Shown here one piece after another: positions 38,941-53,378 of a stretch of DNA of 64,000 nt. Below the pieces are notes generated by a model that made no database searches, was not told the DNA's origin, and saw only the letters and a program-made list of their open reading frames with translations. Source of the DNA: Rhynchobatus australiae (taxonomy: Eukaryota); contig JAUZTB010000066.1 of assembly GCA_034780895.1 (NCBI GenBank), positions 16,094,871 through 16,158,870 of the forward strand. Direction: 5' to 3'. The position numbers and the translations under genes were made by a program. Position 1 is the first letter of the stretch. The number at the start of each line of letters is the position of its first letter.

Positions 38941-39869
38941 CGCATGAGTACTGGTCGCACAATGACCCTAGTGGTTTCAACTCTCCACAGAAATTCATTG
39001 ATGGTGTCATAGCATAAACTTCCAAGGAAAGATTTTGCATTTACATAATAAACTTCCATGGTGTCCTGGTGCACCAAAGCATTTTTGAAGAGTAGTCAGC
39101 AATGTGATGAAAGGAGGGGTGGCAAGTAATTTTATAGTTAGCTCGGTGACACAATAACAATTAAATTAATAACCAGATTTGGCTAATTAATTAGCTTACG
39201 CCAGAACCCAAAAAGAAATGAAAACTCCATGCATTAACCTATAAGGACCATCCAAAGTTGATGATCGTGCTTCAGGATGTGCTTCAAGCTATCCGGGGGA
39301 CATCTTAATTTTAAATATCTCAATTTTAAGATAAAATTGGTTACGAATGGAGAAAATGTTGGGAATGGCACAAGAAGTGGCCTCTGATTATAATACTACT
39401 GTACCTTTTGAGGGAGGAAAGGAGGTGGAGATCTTCAGAATCTCCACAGATATGACGCAAACCAAATTCCATCTGCCTGGTGCCAAGATAGCAGATCCAC
39501 CATAATCTTGATTAAAGGCAGAACAGGCCTGAAGGGCTGGGTAGCATAATCCTGCTTCTACCTGTTAAATTCTTAAAATAGCCAGGCTTGTTTCTCCAAA
39601 ATGTTGCAGGTCGTGTGCTCCTTTCCATTACGTGATGTCACCATTTCTTAATCCAGCAGGTCAAAACAGAGCATTTTAAAACGTGCTGTTTGACTTGATT
39701 TGTTTTCATCAGAAAAGTGGAAAGACTTGTTAAGTTGGCACATACTTTGAAAGACGTGACAAAACGATCACGATTTCTCCCCATATATTTGGGAAGCACC
39801 TGGACTTGGCAACTTGTAGTGTTGGACTCTGGAGTGTAAACAACTCATTTAAGTATTCTCCGCCATATC

Positions 39870-40110
39870 TCGATGGAAAACATTTTTGCCTCTGAGTTGG
39901 AAAGTTCAAGTCCCACCTCAATGACTTGAGCATAAGATATCTTGACTGTCACCCCAGTGTAGTACTGAGGGAATGTGGTGTTGTTGGAGCTGCCACCTTT
40001 CAGATGAGCCATTAAGCAGAGGCTCACCTGCTCCACCAGGTGACAATATTTTAAGTCAGGAAGTGCACCTTACTCTTTCACTTGGCCACATTTTTCCTCA
40101 GTGGATGTCA
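39870..40110 (+). mobile_element. Deu-type tRNA-derived SINE, degenerate
   Basis: gcctctgagt...gttcaagtcccac...ccagtgtagtactgaggga...ctttcagatgagccattaa. Confidence 0.65.
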
Positions 40111-40589
40111 CTAAGGTTGATGAAATTTTTGTTAAAAAACTACAAATGTTGGAAATCTGAAATAAAATCTGAAAATTCCAGAAACACTCAGCAGGTCAGG
40201 CAACATCTGTAAAAAGCTTAATTGAAGAAAGGGGCCCTTGGCATTACACAATAACTCCATTTCTCTTTCCACAGATGCTGCCTGACCTGCTGATTTGTTT
40301 CCAGCGCCTTCTCTTTGTCAATAAAACTGATGATTCAGTCATTACCACAGTTTTTATAGGAGCTTGTTCTGTTCAATTTAATTGCTGTGTTTCCTCCATT
40401 AAAACAGTTGTTATACTTCACTGGCTGTAAAATACTTTGGAACATGCTAAGGTTATGAAAGATACTATATAAATCAAAGTCTTAATAACCTCTCCACTTT
40501 TCCCATAACTTTTCCATTTCCTGCTTTAGGTATTTCCCCTTTAATGTGCAATTACTGATCAATCATATGTTTGTGGTATTCATTAACAG

Positions 40590-40725
40590 ATAATCCAGCA
40601 AGCCGGGCAAGTTTGGTTCCCTGACTCTGCCTTCAAAACTGCTCAAGCCATTAAGGACCTGAATCGAGAAGGGCTTCCACTGATGGTGTTTGCCAATTGG
40701 CGAGGTTTCTCTGGTGGAATGAAAG
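40590..40725 (+). CDS. ACACA: ACACA coding exon, 136 bp, phase 0-1
   Basis: ttaacag|ATA ATC...ATG AAA G|gtaaag. Encodes [45 protein letters not shown]. Confidence 0.97.
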
Positions 40726-42487
40726 GTAAAGAGATTAAAGTGATATGCTTCCAAATTTGCTTACAGCAACGAGCTGTGCCCTCCATATTACTGCAGCAGA
40801 GAGAGTGACATTTTCAAGCACAATGCCTCCTTGACCATAGTTCATACAGTTCAGAAGTTACACAAAGTTAATGCTGTGCTGCCATGAAGCACTTGGACTG
40901 GTAGTTGAACAATAATCAATTTTGACCCACTGGTAATCAAACCTTTTGCATGCTCAGCTGTATGTGATCTAAACTTGGTGAAGCCAGAGCTGTAACCAGT
41001 TCCAGGCAAGCTAATCTCCTGCAATTGAGTCCTGATAAATGGTCTCGACCTGAAACATTGACTATCCCTCTGTCTCCACAGATGCTGCCTGACCCGCTGA
41101 GTTCCTTCAGTAGTTTGTTTTAAATCTCCTGCAAGATCTTTAACTGGCTATTCTGCATTCTTTGCAGTGAGTCCATGCAGTATGATGCGACTAATGTTTA
41201 AAATTTTTAGTAATGATGATGCAGTCCTTCCAGAACATGACCAGTCCCTTTAAATTTGGAATCGCTGTAACTGGCAAGTTCAGTAGGTGCAGTATTTTTG
41301 CAGTTTAACCTCAACTGTTAAAGCAGCACACACAGTCTGACGCAAATATTATCAGAGCTCCTTGGAAAGATCAATCATTCACAGCTTTGGCGGACCTTGT
41401 ATTCTCTCCACGTGCATTAGTTTTCAATGTTTATGTCTAAGCTACGAATCTGGATTATACCAGAGGAAAGAGTATTTTCAAATTATAAGCTGAAAAAAAT
41501 AGTTCTAATGTTCATCAATGCCACCGTTTAACTATTTGTATATTTAAAAAAAATGTTCCCTTGGTGAGACGACACCTTGATAAGAGGTTCTGAGACAGAT
41601 ACTTCCACTTCAACCGTTTAATAAATCATAGTATTTTTAAATGCTTCAGAAACATTTTTGTTGAAATCCTGTTTTATAGTTCAAAGTGTGCAGGAGGTTC
41701 TTTCAAGGAATCTGATGATAACGTGCCTTTAAGGCCCCTTATACAGTCTCAGCAAATAAAGCATCAACATTGCAAGGGTCCACTCTGTGAGACTGTTTGG
41801 TACAATAACTCCTTGTAAGTGAATGGAGTGATGTGTGCATGCAGTTTCTCCCTTAGCACCACTTTGATTATTCATGGGGATGGGAGGGGGTGCAATGCTG
41901 TGGAGGGAGTAAGAAAATAAACAATTACACCATTCTTCAGTGAACACACACGGCAAGGAGTCAATTGGATGGTGGGTAAAACATCTCAGAAATCGTGTGT
42001 AATGAGTAGGAAAAGATTAGACGCAGTTCTTGCTATGCTGAAAATTGACATTAGCGAAAACTCTTTACTAGACGACCTAGGAGGTCCAATTCAAGTTGGA
42101 TAAAAAGCACATACAGATACGTTTGGATTGGTCTTCTGCACATTTTTANNNNNNNNNNNNNNNNNNNNNNNNNNNNNNNNNNNNNNNNNNNNNNNNNNNN
42201 NNNNNNNNNNNNNNNNNNNNNNNNNNNNNNNNNNNNNNNNNNNNNNNNTTATGTAGCTGGAAAGATTATCAAGATAATGCAAAATTAAATTATAAAACTC
42301 GCTGAATATTTAGTTGGGGGGTATCCATATGCTAGGGTTTACTGAGGCAGGCCAGCAGTGACCCACGACAGTAAGAAATCAGCCGTGAAATTTACCAGAA
42401 ATTAACACCAGGGTCGTTGTCTCAGCATGAGTGGTTTGATAGGATGCGAATCCCTGTGAAATTAACCACTCTGTTCTTCCCCTCCAG

Positions 42488-42665
42488 ACATGTATGATCA
42501 AGTACTAAAGTTTGGTGCGTACATTGTCGATGGGTTGCGAGAGTACGGGCAGCCTGTGCTCGTGTACATCCCCCCACACGCAGAACTGCGAGGTGGCTCG
42601 TGGGTAGTCATTGACACCACCATCAACCCCAGGCACATGGAGATGTATGCAGACAAGGAAAGCAG
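42488..42665 (+). CDS. ACACA: ACACA coding exon, 178 bp, phase 1-2
   Basis: cctccag|AC ATG TAT...AGC AG|gtacag. Encodes (D)[58 protein letters not shown](R). Confidence 0.97.
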
Positions 42666-45099
42666 GTACAGAAATCGACTCTGTCCACAATGTTAGTTAA
42701 CTCTTTCATTTCTCCTCAGCCATTTGCAGTTTCACTTAAACAGATGTTTAATAAGTATGACATAGACTGGTGTCTGCTGAAATACTTTCTTTTGAACTAC
42801 AAGCAATTACTTCACTGTCTCCAAACACGGTTAAAACCAACCCGGTACACCGCATGATGCAGAGTGGGGGGGAAAAAAATAAAACTATCCCTGCTCACTG
42901 ATGTTACTCCATTGATTGCAGATGACTACCAGCCATTTATATTAACAAGATTCAGCCTTTTACAAAATTATTACTGCTGAGCAGCTAAAATCCAAGAAAT
43001 GAAAAGTTTTGTTCCTATAGGTTAAAAAGTCATTTTATTTTATGTAGGGCTTTTTAAATTTCAAATTGACTTTCTGCGGATGCACCATATGAAGAATGAG
43101 TGCTTAAGAATGGTACTTTCACATGGTCAATGCTACTAGGAGAGGAGATGGGGGGAGGGGATAGTTCTCACTTCAGTTCCATGAATGTTCTTTGCATTTT
43201 TCCATCCCTCATTGGCAATTTTCCGTAGTTATGGATCTTTTGTGAGAGGATCACTAGGTGCAAGTCAGAGCCTCCTGGTATTGAACCCACTCAGTCTGAC
43301 TTCAAAGAATTTCTCCACGCGATGAGGGATACTGGCCTTGTGTACAAGGTGCTTTCACCACATTATATAAGCAAATTTAAATCTCTCTAAATTAAATATA
43401 ATCATTTTTTGCCTTTTGCATATTTTTTTCTCACCCCGGTATAAAATTGTCGATAGTTGTGTCACCAAGATTGTAAGTGAACTGCTCTCAAGTTGGCTAC
43501 TTCATTCCCCATTTTATATTGCTTTTAATCCACCTCCCTGTAAGAATACTTTGTAGCTTGAGGCACAAAACGTGCTTGCAAGGTCTCTGCAGTAATCGAT
43601 CCTCATGGATACAAAAGCAATATAAAAGGGGGTCAGAGTGATTTGCCTTTTTTATTTACAGTTTCCTACCATGCCCCACCCTACCTCTCATATGGAAACA
43701 CCTTTTAGATCTGAATTTCACCCCCAACCTATTTTTACTCTCTTCCTCCCATCTGTGATGACTACAAGCATTCCCCTGTCAATTTGTCATATGACCACAA
43801 TGTCACCATGGTGAAACCCAAATTGTCCATTACAGTTAGTTTTTCTGCTATTTAATGCCATCAACATGAATGTTTTTTGGGGTAGCTTTAATTTAGGCCT
43901 ATTCTTTAATCAAATACAGATGCTTGTTGTTTCATGTTTAATACTGTCCCTCATACCCTCTGTAGAGGACAACGAACCGTGGAACCTTTGAGTATGGTTT
44001 GGCCTGGGTAAGCTGAGCAGAAATTGCCACTAATTATCTCCCTTCAAATCTTATGAAATAATAATATTTGCATGTTTCCAAGACCTGCGGCAACTAAGGT
44101 GCTTGCAAAGGAAACCATAACACCTCTCCACCCCAGGCACAGAACTAAGAGTGATGTCTTTATTTATTGAGATCCAAACTNNNNNNNNNNNNNNNNNNNN
44201 NNNNNNNNNNNNNNNNNNNNNNNNNNNNNNNNNNNNNNNNNNNNNNNNNNNNNNNNNNNNNNNNNNNNNNNNNNNNNNNNNNNNNNNNNNNNNNNNNNNN
44301 NNNNNNNNNNNNNNNNNNNNNNNNNNNNNNNNNNNNNNNNNNNNNNNNNNNNNNNNNNNNNNNNNNNNNNNNNNNNNNNNNNNNNNNNNNNNNNNNNNNN
44401 NNNNNNNNNNNNNNNNNNNNNNNNNNNNNNNNNNNNNNNNNNNNNNNNNNNNNNNNNNNNNNNNNNNNNNNNTTTGTATAGATTAATGCTTGAACCTGTG
44501 AAGTGCCTTAATATGGATGGTTGGTCTCATATTTAAATTTGTTCTGCGATTCATTAATGCACTGTAGCTTTTATTTATTTATTATTTTAAATCAGTCTCT
44601 CACAGTTTAATTTGATTACAGCCTGGAGGTTACAGGCCTCGAGGCTCAACTTGAGCTCATTTATGAGATTGTGATCTGTATGATCTACTGTCATGGTTAC
44701 CAAATCTAAATTAACAGGCAATTAATTTTTTTTACTGCCCAATCAATTTACTTTGCTTCACTTTTGAGCATCCCGTGCCTTTTAGAACATCACTGCCCCC
44801 GTCCAAAAAAAATTAGAATGGTGATGCTTACTGATGTCCAGTAGTGCAGCCACTGAATTTAATTGATGGTTGAGTAAGACCCTAATGTCACTTACTGCTT
44901 CTTCCCTTGCTTTTTATGTGGAAGTTCCTGGCCTCAACCCGCTCCTTTCCCCAGCAAAATGGGCAAGATCAAGTGCTCCCTTTTAAATACAGCCAATGAG
45001 TTATTAAGCCCAGTAAGTCGGGAAGGCCTTAGGTTTTAATCAGAATAGTACATCAAAAGGATGATGCTGGATGTGCTACATTTTGCTTTAACCTTTTCC

Positions 45100-45600
45100 A
45101 TGAGAAGTTTAACCATGTATAGTTCTGACTCCTTTGAAAAGGATGTTGAGGCATCGGAAAGGGTGCAATAAAGATGTACCAGAAACACAAGGTTAAGCAG
45201 TTAGAAAAGAATAAAAAGGCTGTCTCTTTCACTCTATGTGAGCATAAGCACAGGATTAACTTGGTTGGGGACTCTAAAGCATGAAAATTATTTCCACTCA
45301 TTGGGAAGAACAAAATGAAAGGTTATCAATACAAGATGGTCAGCAAGAAATCAAATGGAGATCATTCAAAAGAAACTTCCTTATTCAGTGGTCAGAATGC
45401 AGAACTCACTGATACAGGGATTGGTTGAGGTGATTAAAGTAGATGCGTTTAAGGTGAAGCTTGATAAATGTATGAGGTAGAAGGGAATAGAGCATTTTGC
45501 AGATAATTGTGAGTAAGGATGGGAGGGAGCATGTGGAATATAAAGGCTGATGTGAACTGTTTGAGCTGAATAGTCTATTTCTATGCTGTGTATTCTATGT
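45100..45600 (+). mobile_element. Degenerate CR1 LINE 3' fragment
   Basis: aaggatgttgaggcatcggaaagggtgca...tttaaggtgaagcttgataa...gagctgaatagtctatttctatgctgt. Confidence 0.7.
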
Positions 45601-47519
45601 GAACAAGAGGTTACATTTTAAGCAACATGATAAAAGGAACGTTCTGCACAATGCCATGGTGAATTGATGGGTTGTTGTTTTTTTTGTTGTTTATTTACTT
45701 TGAACACTTAGTGAAAAGAAAATCCTTCAAAAAATGATAGCTGTCCTTTCAAACTGCAGTTTGAGCTCTAAGCTAGCAAACGAGCTTGTCACTTGGAACA
45801 ACTTGTATCTGAAGAGCCATAAAAGCATTAGCTGTTGATAAAGACCTCAGTTGGATGAGTCATAATTGTGCTCAACAAAGAATTTGATTGTTAAAAACGC
45901 AGCCTAATGGAAGGAGAAAAGCTTTTGGAGCTTCGCAGAAACCCTCTCACACAAAGCGTTGCATAATTTTACTTTTATGGCTAATTTAAGATTTTTTTTC
46001 AAACTCCTGGTTATTATGGATCACTGGTCTTTGATGTTTACTTCACTCCATTTGCCACAAACAAGCAGTTAGGCTGAGGTTCCTGCTGACTCCAGCAGAA
46101 GCTGTGTCGACTCCATTTGTCTTTCACCGCACACTTCAGGCTTGCTGATTATTAAAGAGAATTTCACAGTCATTTAACTCTTGAAAGACTGAGGACAATG
46201 GTTGCGAATCATCTTGCGAAAATTCTACACAGGTAACTCATTGTTAAAATAAAGATGATCAGGAATACGCTACATGGGGAACTGCAGCAATAGATTTTAT
46301 TAATTTAGCATCTTTAACATTGCTCACAAGTGTGAGCAAACAAAAGTTTAATATTGATGTTCATTAGTTGAGTTTAAGGCAAAGAACCAATAGCTTGTTT
46401 TTTGTCTAAAAGGAGAAAAGAGAGAATGCAAGGATAAGGGAGTTAATTTTGCAATAGGAACTCTGGTAACTGAAGAAATGGCCCCAAATGATTAACAACA
46501 TTTGGACACAATCAAGTTGCCAGATCTAAAAGAGTGTAGAGATCTGAGTGTGGTAGCGCTTGAAGAGATGAGATATTTTGTTATACTTGGACCTGCAGTG
46601 AATCATTCAATGACACAGGATTTGGAAGCCTGAACTTGGTTCTCCCACTTTCATTGGCCATGCAGTGTCATGCTGGAAAATGCATGGCTCCTGAAGAGGA
46701 AGCCACCTGGTTTAGTGCAGGTTCCTTTCCTCAGCCCCAGTGGTGAAATTCTAGGACACTCAATGTCTAAGTCCTCATACATGTTCAAATAGGTTTTACT
46801 TGCTTTGTGAACCAGCCCCCTTCCCCCTCAACAGGAAGAAACCATTTGGACTGAAATCATGGATGGAGGAGTTTGGCACAGGTCAAGCTTGGACAAGGAA
46901 TGATTCGCCCAGACAGGTGGTCGGGGGTCCAAGACGGTTGGAAAGGTGATCGAGGGTGGAGAGTAGGATACAGACCTGATCTTTGGGTGTTGGGCAGACT
47001 CTGAGATTGAGGACGGGGTGTGGATGTGGAACCAGACGCTGAGAAACCTGGTGCAGGGTCTCGGTCCAAAACATCAATTATCCCTTCGCCTCTTGACCTG
47101 CTGAGTCCCTCCAGTAGTTTGTTTCTTGCACTAGGAAATCTATTGAAAGATGAACCCACTTGGAACACAATGAATGTTTGAAACTCCCTGGCAATGAACT
47201 AAATAAGATCCGGCACCCAGGAACAACTGTCAAAGGTGGTCTTATCACCCAGGTTGAAGCCTGCTTCAGTGTGTGGCATCTGCCCCTTTTACAGGTCACG
47301 TCAGCAGGGAAATTTACTGCAGGTGGCCTCAAAGCGTGGTTGAATACCGTTTGACCTAATTGTGCAAGCCCAGTAGTCTCTTTGTCACTGTTTGTTAAAT
47401 ATGCAGAGAGCCAGAGCAAAAATATGTAATCATTCTTTGATGAAATTCAATCTTGTAGCACACAAAATTATTTCAGCCATTGTGTATGGAGGAGACATTT
47501 CATTGGATGTGAAACTGAA

Positions 47520-47820
47520 GATTAGAATTCTTAGACTCAGAGTCATACAGCAGAGCCACAGGCCCTCTGGGGCCCACGATGTCTGTGCTGACCATCGGGT
47601 ACGTGGTCTAATCCCATTTACCATCACTTGATCTGTAGCCAGCTGTGCCTTAGCAATTCAAGTGCCTGTCCAGATGCTTCTTAAATGTTGTGAGAATACC
47701 TGTGAGCAAGGCGATCCAGATCTCAATCACCCCAAAAAATTCTTCCTTAGATCTCCCTTTACCTCTTGCTCCTCACCTTAACGCTATGTCCTCTAGTCTT
47801 AGACACCTCAGCCGTGGGGA
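47520..47820 (-). mobile_element. CR1 LINE 3' end
   Basis: Reverse-complement tail agagtcatacagcagagccacaggccctctggggcccac...tgtccagatgcttcttaaatg. Confidence 0.7.
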
Positions 47821-48634
47821 CTGATTATTTGAACCTTTTATTTGGATTTTCCTTCCCTCCTTACAATTAGTATTTCATTCCTTGCCCTGAACAAAGCCTA
47901 CTTTATTCTTATATTTGTCAGAACTTAGATGGGTCCATGCCAATCTTCCTCTGGCAACCTTGCCAACTCTGGCTACTCTGAAGGTCAAGAGTCTGAGGTG
48001 ATTTTGTTTGCTGCCAAAAGGTTCATTTAAGGCAGTTAATTACAAGGGGGTGTTTCAATTGGCTGGCCAGCGCACACCAGTTCTCAGGAGTGTCCCATAC
48101 ACTTTGAACGCAGTTTGAATATTTGAACTGCGCTCTCTTGAGGAAGCATTTTAGTCAGAGACAAGCATGCATGGCTTCTGTGTGGGAATGCTTCTCAATA
48201 AGATGATGAAAATTTTGAGCTCTTCAGCTTTGTATCCTCCCTGGTGGAAGTCCAGCGGTTCTTACACCACAGTGACACAAAACGATTGCTGTTGGAAGGA
48301 ATGAGTGCAGACGTATTTGGGGTGTCAAGTGAAGCCCATATTTTATCCCATTTCTTGCAGTCTGGCTTATTGGTCAAGATGTTGAAGGGGTAGTTGTCCT
48401 ATAACCAAGTGGTCATTGTGACCAACTCTCTGCCTGCTAAGTAGAGTTTGTATCTGATCACATGTAGTGCACACTGAACTCATAGGCCAGTGTTCTGAGG
48501 TGAATTAGATGGTGCCAACAGCAGTGATGTTAAGGACAGTATGAGACACTACCCTCCCTCAGAAGGAAATGGGATCAAGCCAGCTCTCCCACTCCAGGTC
48601 GCTGGGTTGTACCTTTCATCATTGAAAATCATTT

Positions 48635-48885
48635 GGGGCAGCATGGTAGCATAGTGGTTAGCACGATGCTATTACAGCGCCAGCGACCTGGGTTCGATTC
48701 CCACCGCTGCCTGTAAGGAGTTTGTACGTTCTCCTGTGTCTGCGTGGGTTTCCTCCGGGTGCTCCGGTTTCCTCCCACATTCCAAAGACGTACGGGTAGA
48801 TTAATTTGGGGTTTAAAATGGGTGGGGCGGACTCATTGGGCCGGAAGGGCCTGTTACCACGCTGTAACTAAAATTTAAAATTTAA
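48635..48885 (+). mobile_element. Young tRNA-derived V-SINE (HE1-like) with CR1-type tail
   Basis: A box tagcatagtggttag, B box ggttcgattcc, V-domain ctgcgtgggtttcctccgggtgctccggtttcctcccacattccaaagac, tail gggccggaagggcctgttaccacgctgtaa followed by (taaaatt)n. Confidence 0.9.
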
Positions 48886-50319
48886 ACAGTCATATCCCAT
48901 GGATGATGTCATACATCCCATGCTTATTCAAAATGCGGGGAATGTCATTCGCCTGTGGACGAACATATTCCCATCATTTGTCTGCTTAGGGAGATTATTC
49001 AATAACTTTGTGATCCAAGTTATCTCCAGCGGTTCTCGTAATGAAAGTCAAAATAAAGACTGCAGATGCTGGAAACCTGAAACAGAAACAGGAACCGCTG
49101 GAAACACTCAGCAGGTCAGGCAGCATTTGTGGACAGAGAAACAGAATTGATATTTGAGGTTGAAGACCCTTCATCAGATGCTTTATGTCCTCATTCGATA
49201 ATATCCCAAGAGGCCTTTACACGTTCTGATTCATCTTTTGGACTTCATTTAAGTGAGATGCTCCTCCTATTCAGCAACTCATTGCCAGTGATAATATGGC
49301 AGTTGCTCTTCATTCCAAACTCCTCCTGCTACTTGGGGGCTGCCAGTTATTGACTCTGTTTTACTCCAGCTCGGCTGAATCTGAAAACATGCCTTATTGC
49401 TTCAGATACATTTGTACCATTATTAGTCTTGCCCAGATTTATGAAAAAGCTCATGAAAAAAAACTAATGTTTGTTTTTCCACTTGGTTAATACCCTTGAG
49501 TCAATTGAGAGTTCATACATGATGGAACTTTCATATACTATGGTATTTATAAAGCAAACTAGCGACATTCACAAGACATGCCAATTTCCAACACATTCCA
49601 ATGTAGTTTGTGCTGAGAAACGAAAGGCCTATTAAGTGTTGACCAAAAATCTTAACAGTGCTGCACATGAGAATTATATTTGGCTCAAGGAATCCAGATT
49701 ATTGACAAGAATCTTGTTTAATCATAAGGCTTTAGGTAGCTACTGTGCTGCCCTGACGTGCTTAATCTTCAACAGTTGAATCATTTTGGTTTTTTCCAGC
49801 ACAATACTGTACAATTCTCTAACATATGACTGAAAGACAACATTTGGAACAAGTCAGTAAACTTGATGCAAAATTGTAGAATTTAAAATATCTTCTGATA
49901 TGAGCATGAAGAAATGGTGCAACTGCCACTTACAAATTAATTACCAAATTAGTTTGACTGCACATATGAGCAAATCATATTTCTATGTTTGGAACAGCTG
50001 GGAATTCTCAGTGTGTATAGTGGCTGATAACCAGTTCTAGTAGATGTTCATGGTGCTTTGGATGCTAATTGGGTCTAGATTTAGGTTCATGAATAAATCA
50101 GTTAAACATTGTTGCACAGGGAACTTTACTGTGAGCCACAAACCATGGGACTGGGATCTCCAGAGCCAAAGTTTGGTGGTACTATTTGAAGCAAGAGGAT
50201 TTATTTTTGAGTCAATGATGTGTGGTGGAGATGGCAAGCTGAGTAAACCCTAACAAGACTGCTCCAGTGAATTTAGGTGGCTGTTGTTAGTGGCCAGGGG
50301 CATCCATGAGAAAGATTAT

Positions 50320-50652
50320 CTATTTCAGAGACTTTTTCCCAGGGTGATAATGGCTAACACGAGGGGGCATAATTTTAAGGTGATTGGAGAAGGTATAAGG
50401 GGGACGTCAGGGGTAAGTTGTTTTACACAGAGAGTGGTGGGTGCGTGGAACACACTGCCGGCAGAGGTTGTGGAGGCGGATACATTAGGGACACTTAAGA
50501 GACTCTTTGATAGACACATGAATGATAGAGAAATATAGAGAGCATGATCGAGAATAGGAGGTCTATGTGGGAGGGAAGGGCAGGATGAAATGTCGGCATA
50601 ACATTGTGGGCCGAAGGGTCTGTACTATGCTGTGATGTTCTACATTCTATAT
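50320..50652 (+). mobile_element. CR1 LINE 3' fragment
   Basis: LFPRVIMANTRGHNFKVIG...FTQRVVGAWNTLPAEVVEADTLGTLKRLFDRHM, with tail gggccgaagggtctgtactatgctgt. Confidence 0.9.
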
Positions 50653-52216
50653 TTCCCCACCACCTTCCCCTTTAGTGATCATTGGAATGAAAACTTAGTG
50701 AGTGATGCAGCTCTGAGCTACACTAAGTGAACAGCAACAGAACGTATTGCTTGAGATACATTATATAATCATTGAACTAATGACATCCGTGAAAAACATT
50801 GCTTCAAGTTGAAATTATAATATTGCCAATTTAAGAACATGTTTTTACCATATGAACATATTTGCCCAGATATTGGATTTCGCCCTTTATTTGGTGAGCT
50901 AAACAAGTGTTATGTGGGATGCTGGAGCCAAACTGAGCTTCCAAAAGCAAGAAAGCAGTTGCTTGCAAGCTTCCTGCTGCAGAGTTATTCCTATTCTGGG
51001 AAGCAAGTCAGATCCTTAAACTACATGTTCCAGGCAGCCACATTACATTGGCATCAAGGCTGCCATGGAGATGAAGGAAATTAGGGGGAGAAGGGTAACA
51101 TTCATGGGTGCCCTCTAAATAAAGGTCTGGCTCAATTGGCCCTCCATGTACATGCAGCATCCTGCAATGAGCCACATAATACAAAGATGTTACAAATCTT
51201 TGTCAGGTAAGCCTGTACACAAAAGTGCAACACATAAAATAGTCTATGTCAGAGTGTGTGGCCAAAACATTGATCTCCCATTGGGAACTCTTTAATTTGC
51301 ATAACAAAGCAGTGTTGCTGTGGGGTTTGTTCTTCGATTTACTGGGAGTTCAAAACAACGGTCTCAAATGCATATTATCACTCCAATTTCTGTCAGTAAT
51401 GCCAAGATAAATGTTTTGCATGTTGATTATCTCACTTGGCTCGTGAATGATGCTAGAAATCGGGAGCAATGCTGGGGAGAACCACACTCGAAAGTGGATG
51501 CATGGAGACATAAGAGACTGCAGGTGCTGGAATCTGGAGCAACAAACAATCTGCTGGAGGGACTCAGTGGGTCGAGCAGCATCTGGGGAGGGAAAAATCA
51601 GTATTCTTCACATAAAGGATACCTACCGTCCCACTTCTGGGATGGAGGGTCAAGCACAACAGTTTTTTTTATGCATTACGTGCCTGTGATTTGAAATAAA
51701 CCCTAAATTGCTAATTATGATCAGCTACTTGTTTCGTTGGTAACACACTACCTTAAATTTGATGCAGGTCTTGCAGCTGGGTATGTTCGGTGATGCCTAA
51801 TATTATGCAATGCACATGTTAATGCCACATGTGACAGTGCTCTGACATACCAAGCCTGTGACAAGAAAATGTAAAAAAATATATACATTAAACTTGCCAC
51901 TTTTATCATATCAATAGCAGATTTCTTACAATAAGATGTTTTGTATTGATAAGTATTCTGCCATGCAACGCACTCTATTATTCTGCTGGTAATACAAAAC
52001 TGTTTCCCTTCAAAGGTCAACTGATGCTCAGCAAACATTTTCAATAAAACTTTAATTTACATTCAGAGTGGAGAGTTTTGTTTGAAGCTTCGATAATGCA
52101 ATGAAGGCATGATGGCTGAATATTTGCCTTGCATATTGCATCTATATCAAGTAGAACACAAATGGAAAATGCGTGTCTTTCTAATATTTTATAACATAGC
52201 ATTTTGTCAGATGGAT

Positions 52217-52280
52217 GCATTGATGTGGTTATAGTGGGCATTGATGTGGTTATAGTGGGCATTGATGTGGTTATAGTGGG
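52217..52280. repeat. Perfect 21-bp tandem repeat x3
   Basis: (gcattgatgtggttatagtgg)3. Confidence 0.95.
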
Positions 52281-52869
52281 ATTAGAATGGAAAATACCAG
52301 TTTATCATAGCAAGATGTAGATTTTTATTTGAATTATTTGTTCCTGATTGATCCTGACTTCCAAGTCCTGAACTCTTCTATTGCAACTCCAATATGCAAA
52401 TAAACCTTTGTTAGTCAGGAAATGAAAGCTGCAAAAGTGACTGCAGTCTTTGCCGATTTACCCAAAATGGGACCAAGCCAAGGAAAAATACATACTTGCC
52501 ACATTTATTGTTTAAAAATACATTCACATTAGAATTGTTGATGACAGAATAGTGAGAGCAAAACAAAAAGCTACTTGACACATCACTCCATGTTTGACAA
52601 AATATTACAGGAAAGGATAATCAAAAGGTAAATGGACTATTCAGTGGTGGGCTTCATTTGCTCAATGTATTATTTTGAAATCATATAATATTGTATTAAT
52701 TCTAAGTATTTTTATTATGTTCATATAAAATTATGCTTTTTTAAAAAAAATTCCCACATTTACAGAAGCNNNNNNNNNNNNNNNNNNNNNNNNNNNNNNN
52801 NNNNNNNNNNNNNNNNNNNNNNNNNNNNNNNNNNNNNNNNNNNNNNNNNNNNNNNNNNNNNNNNNNNNN

Positions 52870-53378
52870 TGGCCCAGATTATAGGAGCCTTTGATGATGG
52901 ATTTTGCCTTCTTGAGGCAGCACCTCCTGTAGATGCTACCGATGGTGGGGAGGGATGTTCCCGTGATGTACTGGGCTAAGTCCACTGCTCTCTGCAGCTT
53001 CTTATGTTCCTGCACATTCAAATTGCTGTACCAGACCATGATGCAACTAGTCAGGATACTTTCAACGGTGTATCTGTAGAAGTTTGTGTTTGGTGACGTG
53101 CTGAACCTCCTAAGAAAGTAAAGTCACTGGTGTACCTTCCTTGTGATTGCATCTATCTGCTGGGCTCAGGACAAGTCATCTGATATGTTAACGCTCAGGA
53201 ATTTAAAGCTGCTGACTCTCTCCACCACCCATTTCCCTAAGGTAGACTGGTGCATGTTCGCCCTCCTTCCCCATCCTGAAGTCAACAATCAGCTCTTTAG
53301 TTTTACTGACATTGGGCAAGAGGTTGTTGTGGCACCACTCAACCAGGTGTCCTATCTCACTCCTATACACTGATTCGT
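52870..53378 (-). mobile_element. Rex1/Babar LINE RT fragment
   Basis: DESVYRSEIGHLVEWCHNNL..NVSKTKELIVDFR and VWYSNLNVQEHKKLQRAVDLAQYITGTSLPTIGSIYRRCCLKKAKSIIK. Confidence 0.9.

Noticed and set aside
20323-42665. Assignment to ACACB
   Set aside because: Diagnostic peptides ([47 protein letters not shown]) match ACC1 rather than ACC2.
48635-48710. tRNA gene
   Set aside because: The A/B boxes are the head of a V-SINE and continue into the SINE core and tail.
52217-52280. 21-bp repeats as a CRISPR-like array or coding repeat (MPTITTS)
   Set aside because: Head-to-tail copies with no spacers in vertebrate intron DNA; a simple minisatellite.
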